From assembly GCA_003162595.1 (NCBI GenBank), contig PMNJ01000174.1:5458-37731 (forward strand): a DNA stretch of 32,274 nt, in the 5' to 3' direction. Source of the stretch: Bacteroidales bacterium (GTDB taxonomy: Bacteria; Bacteroidota; Bacteroidia; Bacteroidales; VadinHA17). The notes under the pieces were generated by a model. The model made no database searches. It was given only the letters and a program-made list of their open reading frames with translations, and was not told the DNA's origin. Within the stretch, counting starts at the first letter, position 1; the number at the start of each line of letters is the position of its first letter. A program made the position numbers and the translations under genes. Shown in pieces: positions 1 through 9,853 of this stretch.

Positions 1-204
1 TAATCTGTTACTTGTAAATATACAAATTATTTTTCATTCTTCTATAACTCCAAAAATGTTCAATCCGTTTAGACTTTTTCCGGTAGTTCGAAGAGGTTCC
101 ATTTACTCCTTACTTTCAGATTCTTTAATGAGATACTCTGTAAGATTCTTATCATGACTAAGTTTCACTTTACGGCTTAACATGTACCTGCTTATTTCGA
201 CTGT

Positions 205-1566
205 TCAGTAGCTGAATCCAAGTTTTTTAAGACCGTTTTTGATTTCCGGACTTGACATGAAAAGATCCCATAACAGACCAGATCTGTAGTTTTCAATCAT
301 AATTATCGCCGGGCCCTGATCTATAGCAAGATATCTCTCAGGATACCATTTATTTTGTTCGCTGAAAGCATCATAAAAACCATAAATACCCCATATTTTG
401 CTGCCAAGAACATAATAAAAATGCTTCAGGGCATCCATAGATTGTTCTGGTGTATATGGGAAAGCTGAAAGGGCGGCAGTAGGAGAAATTACTCCAAGAT
501 CATTGCCTTCACCCGGGCAATGAGCTGAATATCCGTTAATTGAATAACTGGCAGTCAATCCCCAGCAATCTTTGCCATAACCAGCATACCTGTCGGGGTT
601 CCTTACACACCATTGCCAGTTAATAAGTGTCTGATTAAGATTTTCATGCCAGTAATCTGCATATGAGTCTTTAAGATGGCGGGGGTCTAATCCAAGATAA
701 GAATAATGAGACCAGAAGAGTGGACCACCATATTCAGCAGAACCATTATGGTTCAATGATAGTAAAAAACCATATTTTTCATGTTCTCCTTTTATTGCTC
801 CGTCTCTTGCCCATCCCTTCTGATAAACTATAGTTGATACCGGGAAAGTAGGAGAAGATGCTGCAAGCACATATAATATAAGGCATTCGTTATAACCCTG
901 TATCGGAAAATTCATCTGCCAACCATAATCCGGCGACCAGTGCCAGTAAATAACCGATTCACCACCTTTTGTAAACCAATTCCATTCTACTTCTTTCCAT
1001 AATGTGTCAATTCTGGAAGCAAGAACTTTTTCCTGATCTGATCCATTGATATAATACTGCCTCACCGCCAATAGTCCCTGAATAAGATAAGCAGTCTCCA
1101 CAATGTCTGCTCCATCATCTTTCTTACTGAATGGCTTAACTTTCCCGGTTTCACCATACAACCAGTGAGGCCATGCACCATGGAACCTGTCTGCTCTTTT
1201 TAGAAAATCCACTATCCTGGAATAACGATTTAAGGCTTCATCCCTCGTAATAAAACCTCTTTCAATACCGACCAGTATTGCCATAAGACCAAACCCGCTG
1301 CCTCCGGTTGTAACTACATTCATGTCATTCTCTGGATATATTCCGTCAACATGAAATCTTTCACGAGCCATTCCCGACTTAGGTTCAGCTCCATCCCAGA
1401 AATATTGAAATGTACGGTACTGAACCAATGTGAGTAGCGAATCATCTGATATCTTCTTAGACTCTGACAAACCATTTTTACCTGCTGTTTTATCCCTGTT
1501 CCCTGCACAACAGTTAACACCAAGTAGTATTAAAACGATCAATGTATATAACCTCAGGTTTTTCAT
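205..1566 (-). CDS. Secreted (alpha/alpha)6 glycoside hydrolase, GH144 / glucoamylase-family (PF10091/DUF3131-type); candidate endo-beta-1,2-glucanase
   Basis: ORF 205..1575 (-). The codon at 1575 is TTG; the first ATG, at 1566, gives MKNLRLYTLIVLILLGVNCC (signal/lipobox-like). Motifs FQYFWDGAEPKSGMARER, TTGGSGFGLMAI, RFHGAWPHW and ADIVETAYLIQGLL match my recollection of the bacterial glucoamylase-family/GH144 fold. Roughly half identical by eye to the C-terminal ~430 aa of the adjacent upstream ORF. CDS is very likely real; enzymatic specificity is inferred. Confidence 0.8.
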   Translation of the reverse strand: MKNLRLYTLIVLILLGVNCCAGNRDKTAGKNGLSESKKISDDSLLTLVQYRTFQYFWDGAEPKSGMARERFHVDGIYPENDMNVVTTGGSGFGLMAILVGIERGFITRDEALNRYSRIVDFLKRADRFHGAWPHWLYGETGKVKPFSKKDDGADIVETAYLIQGLLAVRQYYINGSDQEKVLASRIDTLWKEVEWNWFTKGGESVIYWHWSPDYGWQMNFPIQGYNECLILYVLAASSPTFPVSTIVYQKGWARDGAIKGEHEKYGFLLSLNHNGSAEYGGPLFWSHYSYLGLDPRHLKDSYADYWHENLNQTLINWQWCVRNPDRYAGYGKDCWGLTASYSINGYSAHCPGEGNDLGVISPTAALSAFPYTPEQSMDALKHFYYVLGSKIWGIYGFYDAFSEQNKWYPERYLAIDQGPAIIMIENYRSGLLWDLFMSSPEIKNGLKKLGFSY

Positions 1567-1571
1567 TGTTA

Positions 1572-3533
1572 TCAATATGTGAAGCCAAGTTTTGTCAAAC
1601 CGTTCTGTACTTCAGGGGCTGACATAAATAAATTCCAGAGAAGCCCTGTTCTGTAGTTTTCAATCATACAGATAATAGGTCCCTGGTCGATGGCAAGGGT
1701 AGAATTTGCCCACCAGTTCTCGGTTACATCAAAGGCATCGTAAAATCCGTAATTGCCCCAGAGATGGTCCCCGAGAAAATAGTAATCAGTTCTCAATGCG
1801 TTCAGTGACTGAGTTGGAGTATATGCAATGGAAGAAATGGCAGCTGTTGGTGTGATAACACCAAGGTCATTGGTCGGAGATTGGGCACTATACCCGGTCG
1901 GATTGTCGGAAGCAGTCAATCCCCAGATCCCAGGGCCATAGCCAGGATATTTTCGGGGATTTGCCTGGCAATAGGCCCAGTTTATCAGAGATTGATTTAC
2001 ATTTTGTTCCCAGTAATCAGCATATTGATCTTTGAGATGCCGGGGATCAAGCCCCATATATGAATATTGGGTAAAAAACAAAGGTCCTCCATAGTCTTGT
2101 CCCAGGGGTAAAAGATATCCGTAATAACTTCTTCCGTTTTTTATTCCTCCGTTATTTGCATATCCATTTGTATAAACATCGGCAGTAATTGAATGTGTCG
2201 GAGAAGAAGCGGCTGTGACATATGTGATGAGTGTTTCATTATAACCCTGGATTTTAAGATTATACCCATAATTGGGTGACCATTCCCAGTAAAGGGTTTT
2301 TTGGCCGTTTGTAAACCAGTCAAATTCTACAGACTTATATAAATTATTGATCCGTGTGATCTCAGTTTTCTCTGCAACAACAGTTGAATCAAGGTATTGT
2401 CTCATACAAAGCAGACCCTCAATCATATAGGATGTTTCCACGAGATCTCCTCCGTTGTCAGTAGCGCTAAAAGGTTGTGTTTTTCCTGTCACACCGTTTA
2501 TCCAGTGTGGCCAGACACCATGAAATCGATCACAGGTTTCCAGAAAACCAAGGATTTTATCCAGCCGGGTTATACCATCTGCCCTGGTAATAAAACCTCT
2601 TTCCATACCTACAATCATGGCCATAATTCCAAATCCTGAGCCTCCCGTGGTGACTATATCACCCGAAGAATTCCGTTCGCGTGCCATACCGCACGAAGGA
2701 TGACCAAAATCCCAGAAATATTTAAAGGTTTGTTGTTGTATGAGTGTCAAAAGATTATCGTCTGAAATTTGTGTAAATTGATATGTGGAATCAACACCAG
2801 TATAAAAATAAGAAGAATATCCACTGAAGGTAAAACCTCCTGCGGAAGTCAATGCAGAGGAAATGGAAAATGAATACCTGGCAAGACCCTTTGCCTTTGC
2901 TGTATTAGAGGCCAGAAGTGTTTTATTGTCGCTTGAGAGAGCGAAAGATAAAGGAGGTCCTGTGAATGAAAATGATGATTTATAATTAGCGGGATCCAGG
3001 TCCTGTGAAAAAGTTATTTTAAAGTTGATCTTTTGTGGGTCAATGTTTTGTAAGGTGGAAGTAGTCAGCGCTTTTCCATTTAGGCTGATAGAATCGATCA
3101 CCATAGAACCGGTAAGGGTTGTAAACTTAAATTGGACACCCGGGAAAGTCTCTCCGATAATACCATGTAAAGAGGAGGAAATTACAAGTGTATAATTGGT
3201 GGAATATTGCAGGTTGGAAGTTGGAGTCACATTGAGAGCTGTGGAGTTGCTTATCGAAGAATAGGTATAAGCAACCACAGCCCCGGCGGAATTTTGAATG
3301 GTTATTACTTTATGAAGGGAAGTGGTATCCACGGCACTGCTGAAAGAAAACTGAATGGGCTGATCATTGGGCACATTATTTATTGTGCTGTTGACGTTCA
3401 GTGTGGAAGAACCGATCTTCACACTTATCAGTTGGATCAATCCCCCATTTTTATCCGGAGTATTATCCTTCCTGCATGACAGGATACCTATTAATAATAT
3501 GAAATAAGAGAGCGGGAATATTTTAAATTTCAT
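1572..3533 (-). CDS. Lipoprotein with two N-terminal Big_5 (SbsA-type Ig-like) domains fused to a GH144/glucoamylase-family catalytic domain
   Basis: ORF 1572..3590 (-). The internal ATG at 3533 gives the canonical lipoprotein signal MKFKIFPLSYFILLIGILSC, so 3533 is preferred; the ORF extends to an ATG at 3590. The N-terminal ~250 aa hold two Ig-like repeats (NVPNDQPIQFSFSSAVD..YTLVISSSLHG and IDPQKINFKITFSQDLD). The C-terminal part is paralogous to 205..1566 (FKYFWDFGHPSCGMARER, TTGGSGFGIMAM, RFHGVWPHW, DLVETSYMIEGLL). Confidence 0.8.
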   Translation of the reverse strand: MKFKIFPLSYFILLIGILSCRKDNTPDKNGGLIQLISVKIGSSTLNVNSTINNVPNDQPIQFSFSSAVDTTSLHKVITIQNSAGAVVAYTYSSISNSTALNVTPTSNLQYSTNYTLVISSSLHGIIGETFPGVQFKFTTLTGSMVIDSISLNGKALTTSTLQNIDPQKINFKITFSQDLDPANYKSSFSFTGPPLSFALSSDNKTLLASNTAKAKGLARYSFSISSALTSAGGFTFSGYSSYFYTGVDSTYQFTQISDDNLLTLIQQQTFKYFWDFGHPSCGMARERNSSGDIVTTGGSGFGIMAMIVGMERGFITRADGITRLDKILGFLETCDRFHGVWPHWINGVTGKTQPFSATDNGGDLVETSYMIEGLLCMRQYLDSTVVAEKTEITRINNLYKSVEFDWFTNGQKTLYWEWSPNYGYNLKIQGYNETLITYVTAASSPTHSITADVYTNGYANNGGIKNGRSYYGYLLPLGQDYGGPLFFTQYSYMGLDPRHLKDQYADYWEQNVNQSLINWAYCQANPRKYPGYGPGIWGLTASDNPTGYSAQSPTNDLGVITPTAAISSIAYTPTQSLNALRTDYYFLGDHLWGNYGFYDAFDVTENWWANSTLAIDQGPIICMIENYRTGLLWNLFMSAPEVQNGLTKLGFTY

Positions 3534-3606
3534 AACCAAAAGATAATGAATAAAAAGAAAAGGAAGGGTTGTTTTGCCCTCCCTTTTCATATTATTGGGG
3601 AAAAAA

Positions 3607-4872
3607 TTATGGTTTCCCTGAGTTGTACATTAGTGTGATTAAAGCAGGTGTCAGCACCGAATGATAGATGGCGACATCATCCAAAAGACCCTTATAATGT
3701 GGATTAGTTGTTACAGAATAATCAATCCAGCTACCTGTAACTGACTCATTGTTCTTATCCTGGATATAACCGAAAGCAAGAGAATTATTACCTGTTGCTC
3801 CTGCCCAAACCAACCCAGTAGCAAGATCCATAGGATCGCCATAAAGGTTATAATCCTGCTGAAACATCTTAACTCCGTTTATATACATTGTTGCAAGCTT
3901 CAAAGCATGGTCATAAGTGCATACGACATGAGCCCATTGTTCACCAAGTAAGCCATCTACACCTCCGCTGGTTGTAAGATCCTTTGAGAAGACATATCCC
4001 TTCCATCCGTTGTTGAAGTCTTTTGTTGTACCTGTTCCATCGTACCATAGATCCTGTGATTGGGAACCTACAGATGAAAGACTGTACTGAGCTGCAAGCT
4101 TGCACCAGCCATATTGGGCCTGTGTACCATTAGTCCCGTAATTGCAGCTGTATTCAAACTGGAATCCTTCCCATGCTGACAACCCTAATACCCACTGGTC
4201 ATGTTGGCCGACCGTATCGCATTTCATCCAGAAGCTTATAGAGAAGTCGCTGGAATTTTCAAGTACATCTCCGTTTGGAATCTCAATAAGAGAGGTAGTA
4301 CCATTGAAGCTTGCTGCCTGACCGGAAGCTGCATTACGGCCCGTTACATAGGTAATGTCGGTGACACCACCTGCTGCGGCATTATATGCTCCTGTCTGGT
4401 CATTGGCGTTTCCGTCAAAATTCCAGTAAGCCACCATACCTGCCGGGAGGAATGAGCCAAGAGTAGTAAATGAACGGTTAATTGGTGTGACTGCCTGTCC
4501 ATCGGATGCTTTTAACCCCGCGGTAATGACGAGTTTATAAAGTGCTCCGTTTGCCAGGTTGGCTGTTGGAGTGATAGTAACTACCTTTCCTGTGGCCGAA
4601 ACGGTCAAAGGTATGGAAACTGCATCATAATCCTCTGTAAGAGTTACATTGCTGGTTGTTGCGGTCGCTGCATCTACATCCGTACTGAAAGTGGCAGTAA
4701 TGGCGGGATTAACAGGCACGTTCGTGGGAGCAGTGGCGGCATTTAAATCAATAGTACCAACCATCAATGTTCCAAGGTTAAGAGGTGCAGGATTACTTTT
4801 TTTACAACTGCCTATAACAAAGACAACTGCCAATAGCATCAAAATACTGAGAATCAAAATCTTTCTTTTCAT
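3607..4872 (-). CDS. Surface lipoprotein, Big_5 Ig-like domain + LamG/concanavalin-like domain; probable surface glycan-binding protein (SGBP)
   Basis: ORF 3607..4881 (-) starts at TTG. The first ATG, at 4872, gives MKRKILILSILMLLAVVFVIGSC (lipobox). N-terminal Big_5-like region (NVPVNPAITATFSTDVD..YKLVITAGLKASDG). The C-terminal domain ends with the LamG_3-type motif LDDVAIYHSVLTPALI. Its position directly downstream of the susD-like gene is typical for SGBPs. Confidence 0.75.
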   Translation of the reverse strand: MKRKILILSILMLLAVVFVIGSCKKSNPAPLNLGTLMVGTIDLNAATAPTNVPVNPAITATFSTDVDAATATTSNVTLTEDYDAVSIPLTVSATGKVVTITPTANLANGALYKLVITAGLKASDGQAVTPINRSFTTLGSFLPAGMVAYWNFDGNANDQTGAYNAAAGGVTDITYVTGRNAASGQAASFNGTTSLIEIPNGDVLENSSDFSISFWMKCDTVGQHDQWVLGLSAWEGFQFEYSCNYGTNGTQAQYGWCKLAAQYSLSSVGSQSQDLWYDGTGTTKDFNNGWKGYVFSKDLTTSGGVDGLLGEQWAHVVCTYDHALKLATMYINGVKMFQQDYNLYGDPMDLATGLVWAGATGNNSLAFGYIQDKNNESVTGSWIDYSVTTNPHYKGLLDDVAIYHSVLTPALITLMYNSGKP

Positions 4873-4918
4873 AATTGTCAATTATTTAATTATACATATC
4901 GAATGGGATTGAATTACA

Positions 4919-6406
4919 TTAATAATTAGGGTTTTGTGTTAAGGATCCCTGTGAAATATCGATTTCACTCTGGTGGATTGGCAACACTTCATGCTTTCCG
5001 GGGATAAATCCCAGAGGGCCCAAAACTGTAGCTGCATTCCCTGTACGGACAAGATCCCAGAACCGTTCTCCTTCCAGGGCAAGTTCATGTCGGCGTTCAA
5101 GCAATATTTTATCCCTGAGTAAATTTTTATCTGTGATTGTAACATCTGGCAATACCGAAATGTTTCCTCCCCTGGCTCTTTTTCTTACCTGGTTCAGATA
5201 TGTAAGTGCATCTGCCGGTTTCCCGTTTTCGTTCATGGCTTCAGCTGCCATCAGCAGTACATCGGCATATCGGATCAACCTTCTATGATGCGACCATTGT
5301 GTGGGAGTATCGTTTCCCGGAGTCCAAACTTTTCGATTATAACATTGAATATTTATGGTATCGCCATTTTTATTTAGTTTAATGACCGGATCGTTTGCCG
5401 GATCAGGATCTCCGATAATAAGCACTCCATCAAGGGTATCGCCCAAATCAATGATCGTACCTTTCAAACGAGGGTCACCCGGTTCAAATGATTTTCTTAA
5501 ATCGATGGACGGCCTGTTGAATCCCCATCCCCGGTTTGGCGAACCTCTTACACCCTGCGTATTTGCATATTGGGCACCTCCCCCTTCATAATCTTCTACA
5601 CCCAGTGCCCCTACTTCGAATATGGATTCGACTCCGTTATTACCGTTCACCCCATTAGCGTCTATGAATCGGGGTTCAAGAGAATATTCATTTGATTGTA
5701 TTACTTTCAGGGCGTATAATTCTGCATTTACAAAATCTTTTTGAAAAAGGTAAACTTTTGCAAGTAAGGCTTCTGCAGCCCCTGATGTAGCTCTTCCCAT
5801 ATCAGAAGAAATAAGCTCACTCTTTGTTGTTAGATGAGTCTCCGCATATTGCAAATCTGAAACGATGAGACTATAGATTTCATCACTTGTGGCCCGACCC
5901 AGATGCAAGGGAGGAATGGACGCGGTCACTTCGGGCACACCTCCCCAGGCTCGAACCAAGTCAAAATAAAAGAGTCCCCTAAGGAATCTTACTTCACCTA
6001 CATAACGGTTTCTTAAGGTTGTATCCATAGGAATGACAGGCACCTTTTCAATGACCACATTGGCCCATCTGATGCCCTGGTATAATGTGGCCCACCAGCG
6101 GTCCAATCCATCACCTGTGGAATTGAAAGTGAAATTATCATAAGCTCCGACAGTGGTTAACTGGTCATTGGTATTGCTGCCCTTATAGGCATCATCTGAC
6201 ATGATATCCAAAATCGGGTATCCGCCTGAATTATAATACCAGTTCCTTACTGCAGCATAAACAGCATTGGTAGCCTGCAAAGCATCTGAAGAGGAGGTGG
6301 GGAAAGAAGCTTGTGTAAGGTCTCCCTGGGGATCAATCTGTAAAAAGTCGGTGCATCCTGCTATCAGAATGAACATACAAAACAACATTATATTTTTTAT
6401 TTTCAT
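4919..6406 (-). CDS. SusD/RagB-family outer-membrane lipoprotein
   Basis: 495 aa. Lipoprotein signal MKIKNIMLFCMFILIAGC. SusD-like motifs (VRFLRGLFYFDLVRAWGGVP, YADVLLMAAEA, LLERRHELALEGERFWDLVR). Lies 5 nt downstream of the SusC-like gene. Confidence 0.92.
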   Translation of the reverse strand: MKIKNIMLFCMFILIAGCTDFLQIDPQGDLTQASFPTSSSDALQATNAVYAAVRNWYYNSGGYPILDIMSDDAYKGSNTNDQLTTVGAYDNFTFNSTGDGLDRWWATLYQGIRWANVVIEKVPVIPMDTTLRNRYVGEVRFLRGLFYFDLVRAWGGVPEVTASIPPLHLGRATSDEIYSLIVSDLQYAETHLTTKSELISSDMGRATSGAAEALLAKVYLFQKDFVNAELYALKVIQSNEYSLEPRFIDANGVNGNNGVESIFEVGALGVEDYEGGGAQYANTQGVRGSPNRGWGFNRPSIDLRKSFEPGDPRLKGTIIDLGDTLDGVLIIGDPDPANDPVIKLNKNGDTINIQCYNRKVWTPGNDTPTQWSHHRRLIRYADVLLMAAEAMNENGKPADALTYLNQVRKRARGGNISVLPDVTITDKNLLRDKILLERRHELALEGERFWDLVRTGNAATVLGPLGFIPGKHEVLPIHQSEIDISQGSLTQNPNY

Positions 6407-6411
6407 AACAA

Positions 6412-9396
6412 TCAGAAGGTTAAGTTAATGCCAAAGGAATAAACCGAAGTTATCGGATAGGTTCCATAATCAATCCCGTTGGAAAGAACATCGGAACTTC
6501 CAATTTCAGGAGTGTACCCCGTAAACTTAGTCAGAGTATAAATATTGGACCCTTTTATATAGATCCGAATTTGACTAACTGCTATCTTTCTGGTTAAGCC
6601 TGAAGGGAGAGTATAACCCAGGGTTACGTTTCTCAGACGGGTAAATGATCCATCCTGAATAAACTTATCTGAGGGCAAATAATTATTCCCTCCATACGAA
6701 GCTATGGGTTCTGTATTGCTTGTACCGGGTCCGGTCCATGCTCCCAGAACATGTTTTTCCCAATTGTAAGGATCTGGTCTGACAACCTCTTTAGCATTGA
6801 ATATTTTATTGCCATAAACTCCCTGGATATCAACAGAGAAGTCAAAGCCTTTATAATCGGCTTCCAAATTAAGTCCCAAAATGAATTTAGGTATAGGAGA
6901 TCCGATATATGTACGGTCGTTGCCATCTATTTTTCCGTCGTTGTTCACATCAACAATCCGCAAGTCACCGGGAACTGCGGTGGAAAGATGCGGATAAGCA
7001 TTCAGATCCGCAACACTCTGAAATATACCATTGGTTTTGTATCCATAAAAAGCTCCGATCGGCAATCCTACCCTGCTTTGGGTAACAGGGAGGCCATTAG
7101 CCAGATATCCGCCATATAAAACAGAATCGATTCCACTACTTCCTCCTACTTTTAAGACTGTGTTTTTAATTGTTGATCCCAAAACAGTAATGCTGTAACC
7201 TACCTGTCCGATTTTGTCTTTCCATGTAATTTTGCTTTCAAAGCCGGTATTTTTAACCGAAGCTGCATTGAATTCTACTTTGGCACCTTGTCCGTTTCCA
7301 AGGTAGTCGGGAGTGGACAATGGGATCAGAATGTTGCTGGTAACCCGATTATAATAGTCGAATTCTCCGGTAAGTTTATTTTTGAACAGGCCAATTTCCA
7401 ATCCGGCATCACTTTGCGTTGTACTTTCCCATTTCAGGTTCGGGTTACCTGAAACTGAGTATGTGACGGCAGAATTTGCCGTTGGTGGATTTCCAAGGAC
7501 TGTTATCATAGTCTGAGTCAGTGAATATTGATTGGTATAGGCTATTTTATCGTTTCCTATTATTCCCCAACTACCCCGCACTTTTAAATTCGAAATAAAG
7601 GGCAAATTTTCCATGAAATGCTCCTTGGAAACATTCCAGCCTGCGGCAAACGAAGGGAAATTGCCATACCTGTTACCCGGGCTGAATTTGGAGGATCCGT
7701 CGCGACGAAAGGTAGCTGTTAAAATATATTTTGAGTTGTAAGTATAGTTAGCCCTGAAAAGGTACGATATCATTGAGTAGTTTTGATTGGGATCAACTCC
7801 GTTGGAAATATTGCCAAGGGTATTAACTCCATTTGTGGGATCATATATATAATTTGGGTTGAAGTACCAGAAATCCGGCGAAGTGCGGATTATGTTTTTC
7901 CCAGTCATCGAGAAATCCTCAGATGTAGCTTTCTGCATTGTGTAACCTGACACAATATCTATGGAATGAACACCAAATTGTTTATTGTAGGAAAGCGTAT
8001 TTTCCCAGAGCCATGTGATATTGTCGCTATTTCCTTTGGTTAGCGTGTTCAGCAGATTTTGTTGCTGAGGAGAAACAAAATATGCCGGGGCAAAGCTAAT
8101 TGCCTGATTATAGGCAGCATCCAACCCAATGCTAGTTTTGGCTTTAAAATTTTTCAGAATCGTAGCCTCTGTAAAAAGATTGCCGACTCCCCGAACCCCT
8201 TTATTATAGTTATTGGAATATGCAAGATCTGCCAGGGGATTTCCGACATTAAATACTTGTGCATAACTCCCATCCTGATTATAGGGAAGAAGATCCGGCC
8301 GGGCACGATATGCCGAATAGGTCACATCGGGTGCATTCTGTTGCTTATAAGGAGTTATAGTCATAAAATTACTCACCTTAATATTCTTTGTCAGGGAGTA
8401 AGTATTATTTAATTGAAAAGTGACTCTTTCATAACTTGATCTATCCACTATCCCCTCCTGCTTAAAATAACCCATACTCAAATAATACTGATTGTTTTGA
8501 GTAGCACCGGAAGCCGATAACTGATGGCTTTGTATGGAAGCAGGATGAAAAATAAGCGATTGCCAGTCAGTATTTGGGACCAGATTAACATTATTGTAAG
8601 TCGGGGTAATTTCATTAACAACAGTAGCATATTCTGGTCCTGTGAGCAAATCGATTTTTTTTGCCAAAATCTGCACACTGTATTCTCCGGAATAGCTAAA
8701 AACAGCTTTCCCTTCACCTTTTTGTCCGGTTTTGGTGGTTACCAGAATCACTCCGTTAGCTCCCCGGGAGCCATAAATTGCAGTGGCTGAAGCATCTTTA
8801 AGAATTTCCATTGATGCAATATCTTCCGAATTAAGAAATGAAATGTCATCCAGAATCACTCCATCGACCACAAAGATTGGAGAGCTGTTGCCAAAGGTGC
8901 CTACACCCCTGATGCGAAGAGTAGGTAAGGCTCCGGGTGCCCCTGAAGTGCTGGTAACCTGAACACCTGTAACTTTCCCCTGCAATGCCTGCTCAGGATT
9001 CAAAGAAGTGATTTTCGTAAGATCCACTGATTTTACAGATGCTACAGACCCGGTCAAATCGCTTTTTCTAACAGTTCCATAACCAATAACTACAACTTCA
9101 TTCAACTCCTTTGATTCCTCGAGAAGTTTTACGTTTATGACAGTTTGGCCTGCAACGGGAATCTTTTGAGTCGCCATGCCCAACATTGAAAGGACCAACG
9201 TGTCATTTGAAGAAGCAACAATGACGAAACCTCCATCAATATCGCTGAAAGTGCCTCGTAGTGTATTTTTAACCTGTACTGATGCACCGGCAACCGGAAT
9301 ATTCTTTTCATCCGTAATCTTCCCATTAACCTGTTGTTGTGAAAACAAGGGCAGAAGAATAACCTGAGAAATAAAAAACAGGAATAATTTTTTCAT
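6412..9396 (-). CDS. SusC-like TonB-dependent outer-membrane transporter (no STN domain)
   Basis: 994 aa. Signal peptide, carboxypeptidase-regulatory-like domain (GKITDEKNIPVAGASVQVKNTLRGTFSDIDGGF), plug motifs (EVVVIGYGTVRKSDLTGSV, LRIRGVGTFGNSSPIFVVDGV), long beta-barrel ending in a terminal F. Confidence 0.93.
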   Translation of the reverse strand: MKKLFLFFISQVILLPLFSQQQVNGKITDEKNIPVAGASVQVKNTLRGTFSDIDGGFVIVASSNDTLVLSMLGMATQKIPVAGQTVINVKLLEESKELNEVVVIGYGTVRKSDLTGSVASVKSVDLTKITSLNPEQALQGKVTGVQVTSTSGAPGALPTLRIRGVGTFGNSSPIFVVDGVILDDISFLNSEDIASMEILKDASATAIYGSRGANGVILVTTKTGQKGEGKAVFSYSGEYSVQILAKKIDLLTGPEYATVVNEITPTYNNVNLVPNTDWQSLIFHPASIQSHQLSASGATQNNQYYLSMGYFKQEGIVDRSSYERVTFQLNNTYSLTKNIKVSNFMTITPYKQQNAPDVTYSAYRARPDLLPYNQDGSYAQVFNVGNPLADLAYSNNYNKGVRGVGNLFTEATILKNFKAKTSIGLDAAYNQAISFAPAYFVSPQQQNLLNTLTKGNSDNITWLWENTLSYNKQFGVHSIDIVSGYTMQKATSEDFSMTGKNIIRTSPDFWYFNPNYIYDPTNGVNTLGNISNGVDPNQNYSMISYLFRANYTYNSKYILTATFRRDGSSKFSPGNRYGNFPSFAAGWNVSKEHFMENLPFISNLKVRGSWGIIGNDKIAYTNQYSLTQTMITVLGNPPTANSAVTYSVSGNPNLKWESTTQSDAGLEIGLFKNKLTGEFDYYNRVTSNILIPLSTPDYLGNGQGAKVEFNAASVKNTGFESKITWKDKIGQVGYSITVLGSTIKNTVLKVGGSSGIDSVLYGGYLANGLPVTQSRVGLPIGAFYGYKTNGIFQSVADLNAYPHLSTAVPGDLRIVDVNNDGKIDGNDRTYIGSPIPKFILGLNLEADYKGFDFSVDIQGVYGNKIFNAKEVVRPDPYNWEKHVLGAWTGPGTSNTEPIASYGGNNYLPSDKFIQDGSFTRLRNVTLGYTLPSGLTRKIAVSQIRIYIKGSNIYTLTKFTGYTPEIGSSDVLSNGIDYGTYPITSVYSFGINLTF

Positions 9397-9845
9397 AAGT
9401 CAGAGCCATTTTTATCAAAATAAATAAAGAACAACTTCCGTGTCAGGAAGTTGAAATAAATTTCACTATCTCAATGAAAAACTTCTCTATGTTTCATAAC
9501 TCAATAACAGTACAACATCCACTCTTTTACTTTTGATTATGAACCATTTATAAAAGTAATTTTTCTATTAAGGATTATTTAAAATACAATCCCAATTCAT
9601 AAACCATTACCCTCTCATAAATGTTCATGATAAAGCTTATTTAGACTGATTATAAGGTTATAAAGGAAATTACTTTTATGGGATGGGAAATTACATAACT
9701 ATCGGAAAAAGTTACATTATTCACATATTTAAGGATATTAAAGTAATTCAGTTTCTTAACAAAAATCACTTGTGAAGTCCCCGGTACGAACAATGAATAA
9801 AATTCATCCGGAACAACATTAATGAACTTGAGATTATTATTTGAT

Positions 9846-9853
9846 TATATTTG
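9846..9853 (+). promoter_or_regulatory. Candidate Bacteroidota sigma-A -7 box (TATATTTG) upstream of the ECF sigma gene
   Basis: Exact match to TAnnTTTG, 20 nt upstream of the ATG at 9873. Only a weak -33-like TTG nearby (9828-9830). Confidence 0.4.

Noticed and set aside
1-204. Possible gene remnant at the 5' edge (minus-strand mini-ORFs of 26 aa at 103-183 and 22 aa downstream)
   Set aside because: Too short, with no motifs. The region reads as AT-rich non-coding DNA downstream of the last PUL-A gene.
1563-1575. Apparent 4-nt start/stop overlap (translational coupling) between the two GH144 genes, and the extended N-termini MITMKN.. and MTIMKRK..
   Set aside because: The ORF-track starts at 1575 and 4881 are TTG codons. 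In-frame ATGs 9 nt downstream (1566, 4872) give canonical MK-type signal peptides, so I used the ATG starts and do not claim overlap.
1320-9367. Short ORFs from the six-frame track nested in or antisense to the PUL-A genes (1320-1523, 1881-2063, 2141-2323, 2397-2639, 3207-3479, 4201-4455, 4649-4912, 4939-5145, 5355-5591, 6702-6926, 6751-7119, 8059-8412, 8478-8717, 8524-8790, 9135-9326, 9176-9367)
   Set aside because: All lie entirely inside long ORFs with clear family motifs. Their translations are low-complexity or Cys/Ile-rich with no recognisable domains or signals. These are typical shadow ORFs.
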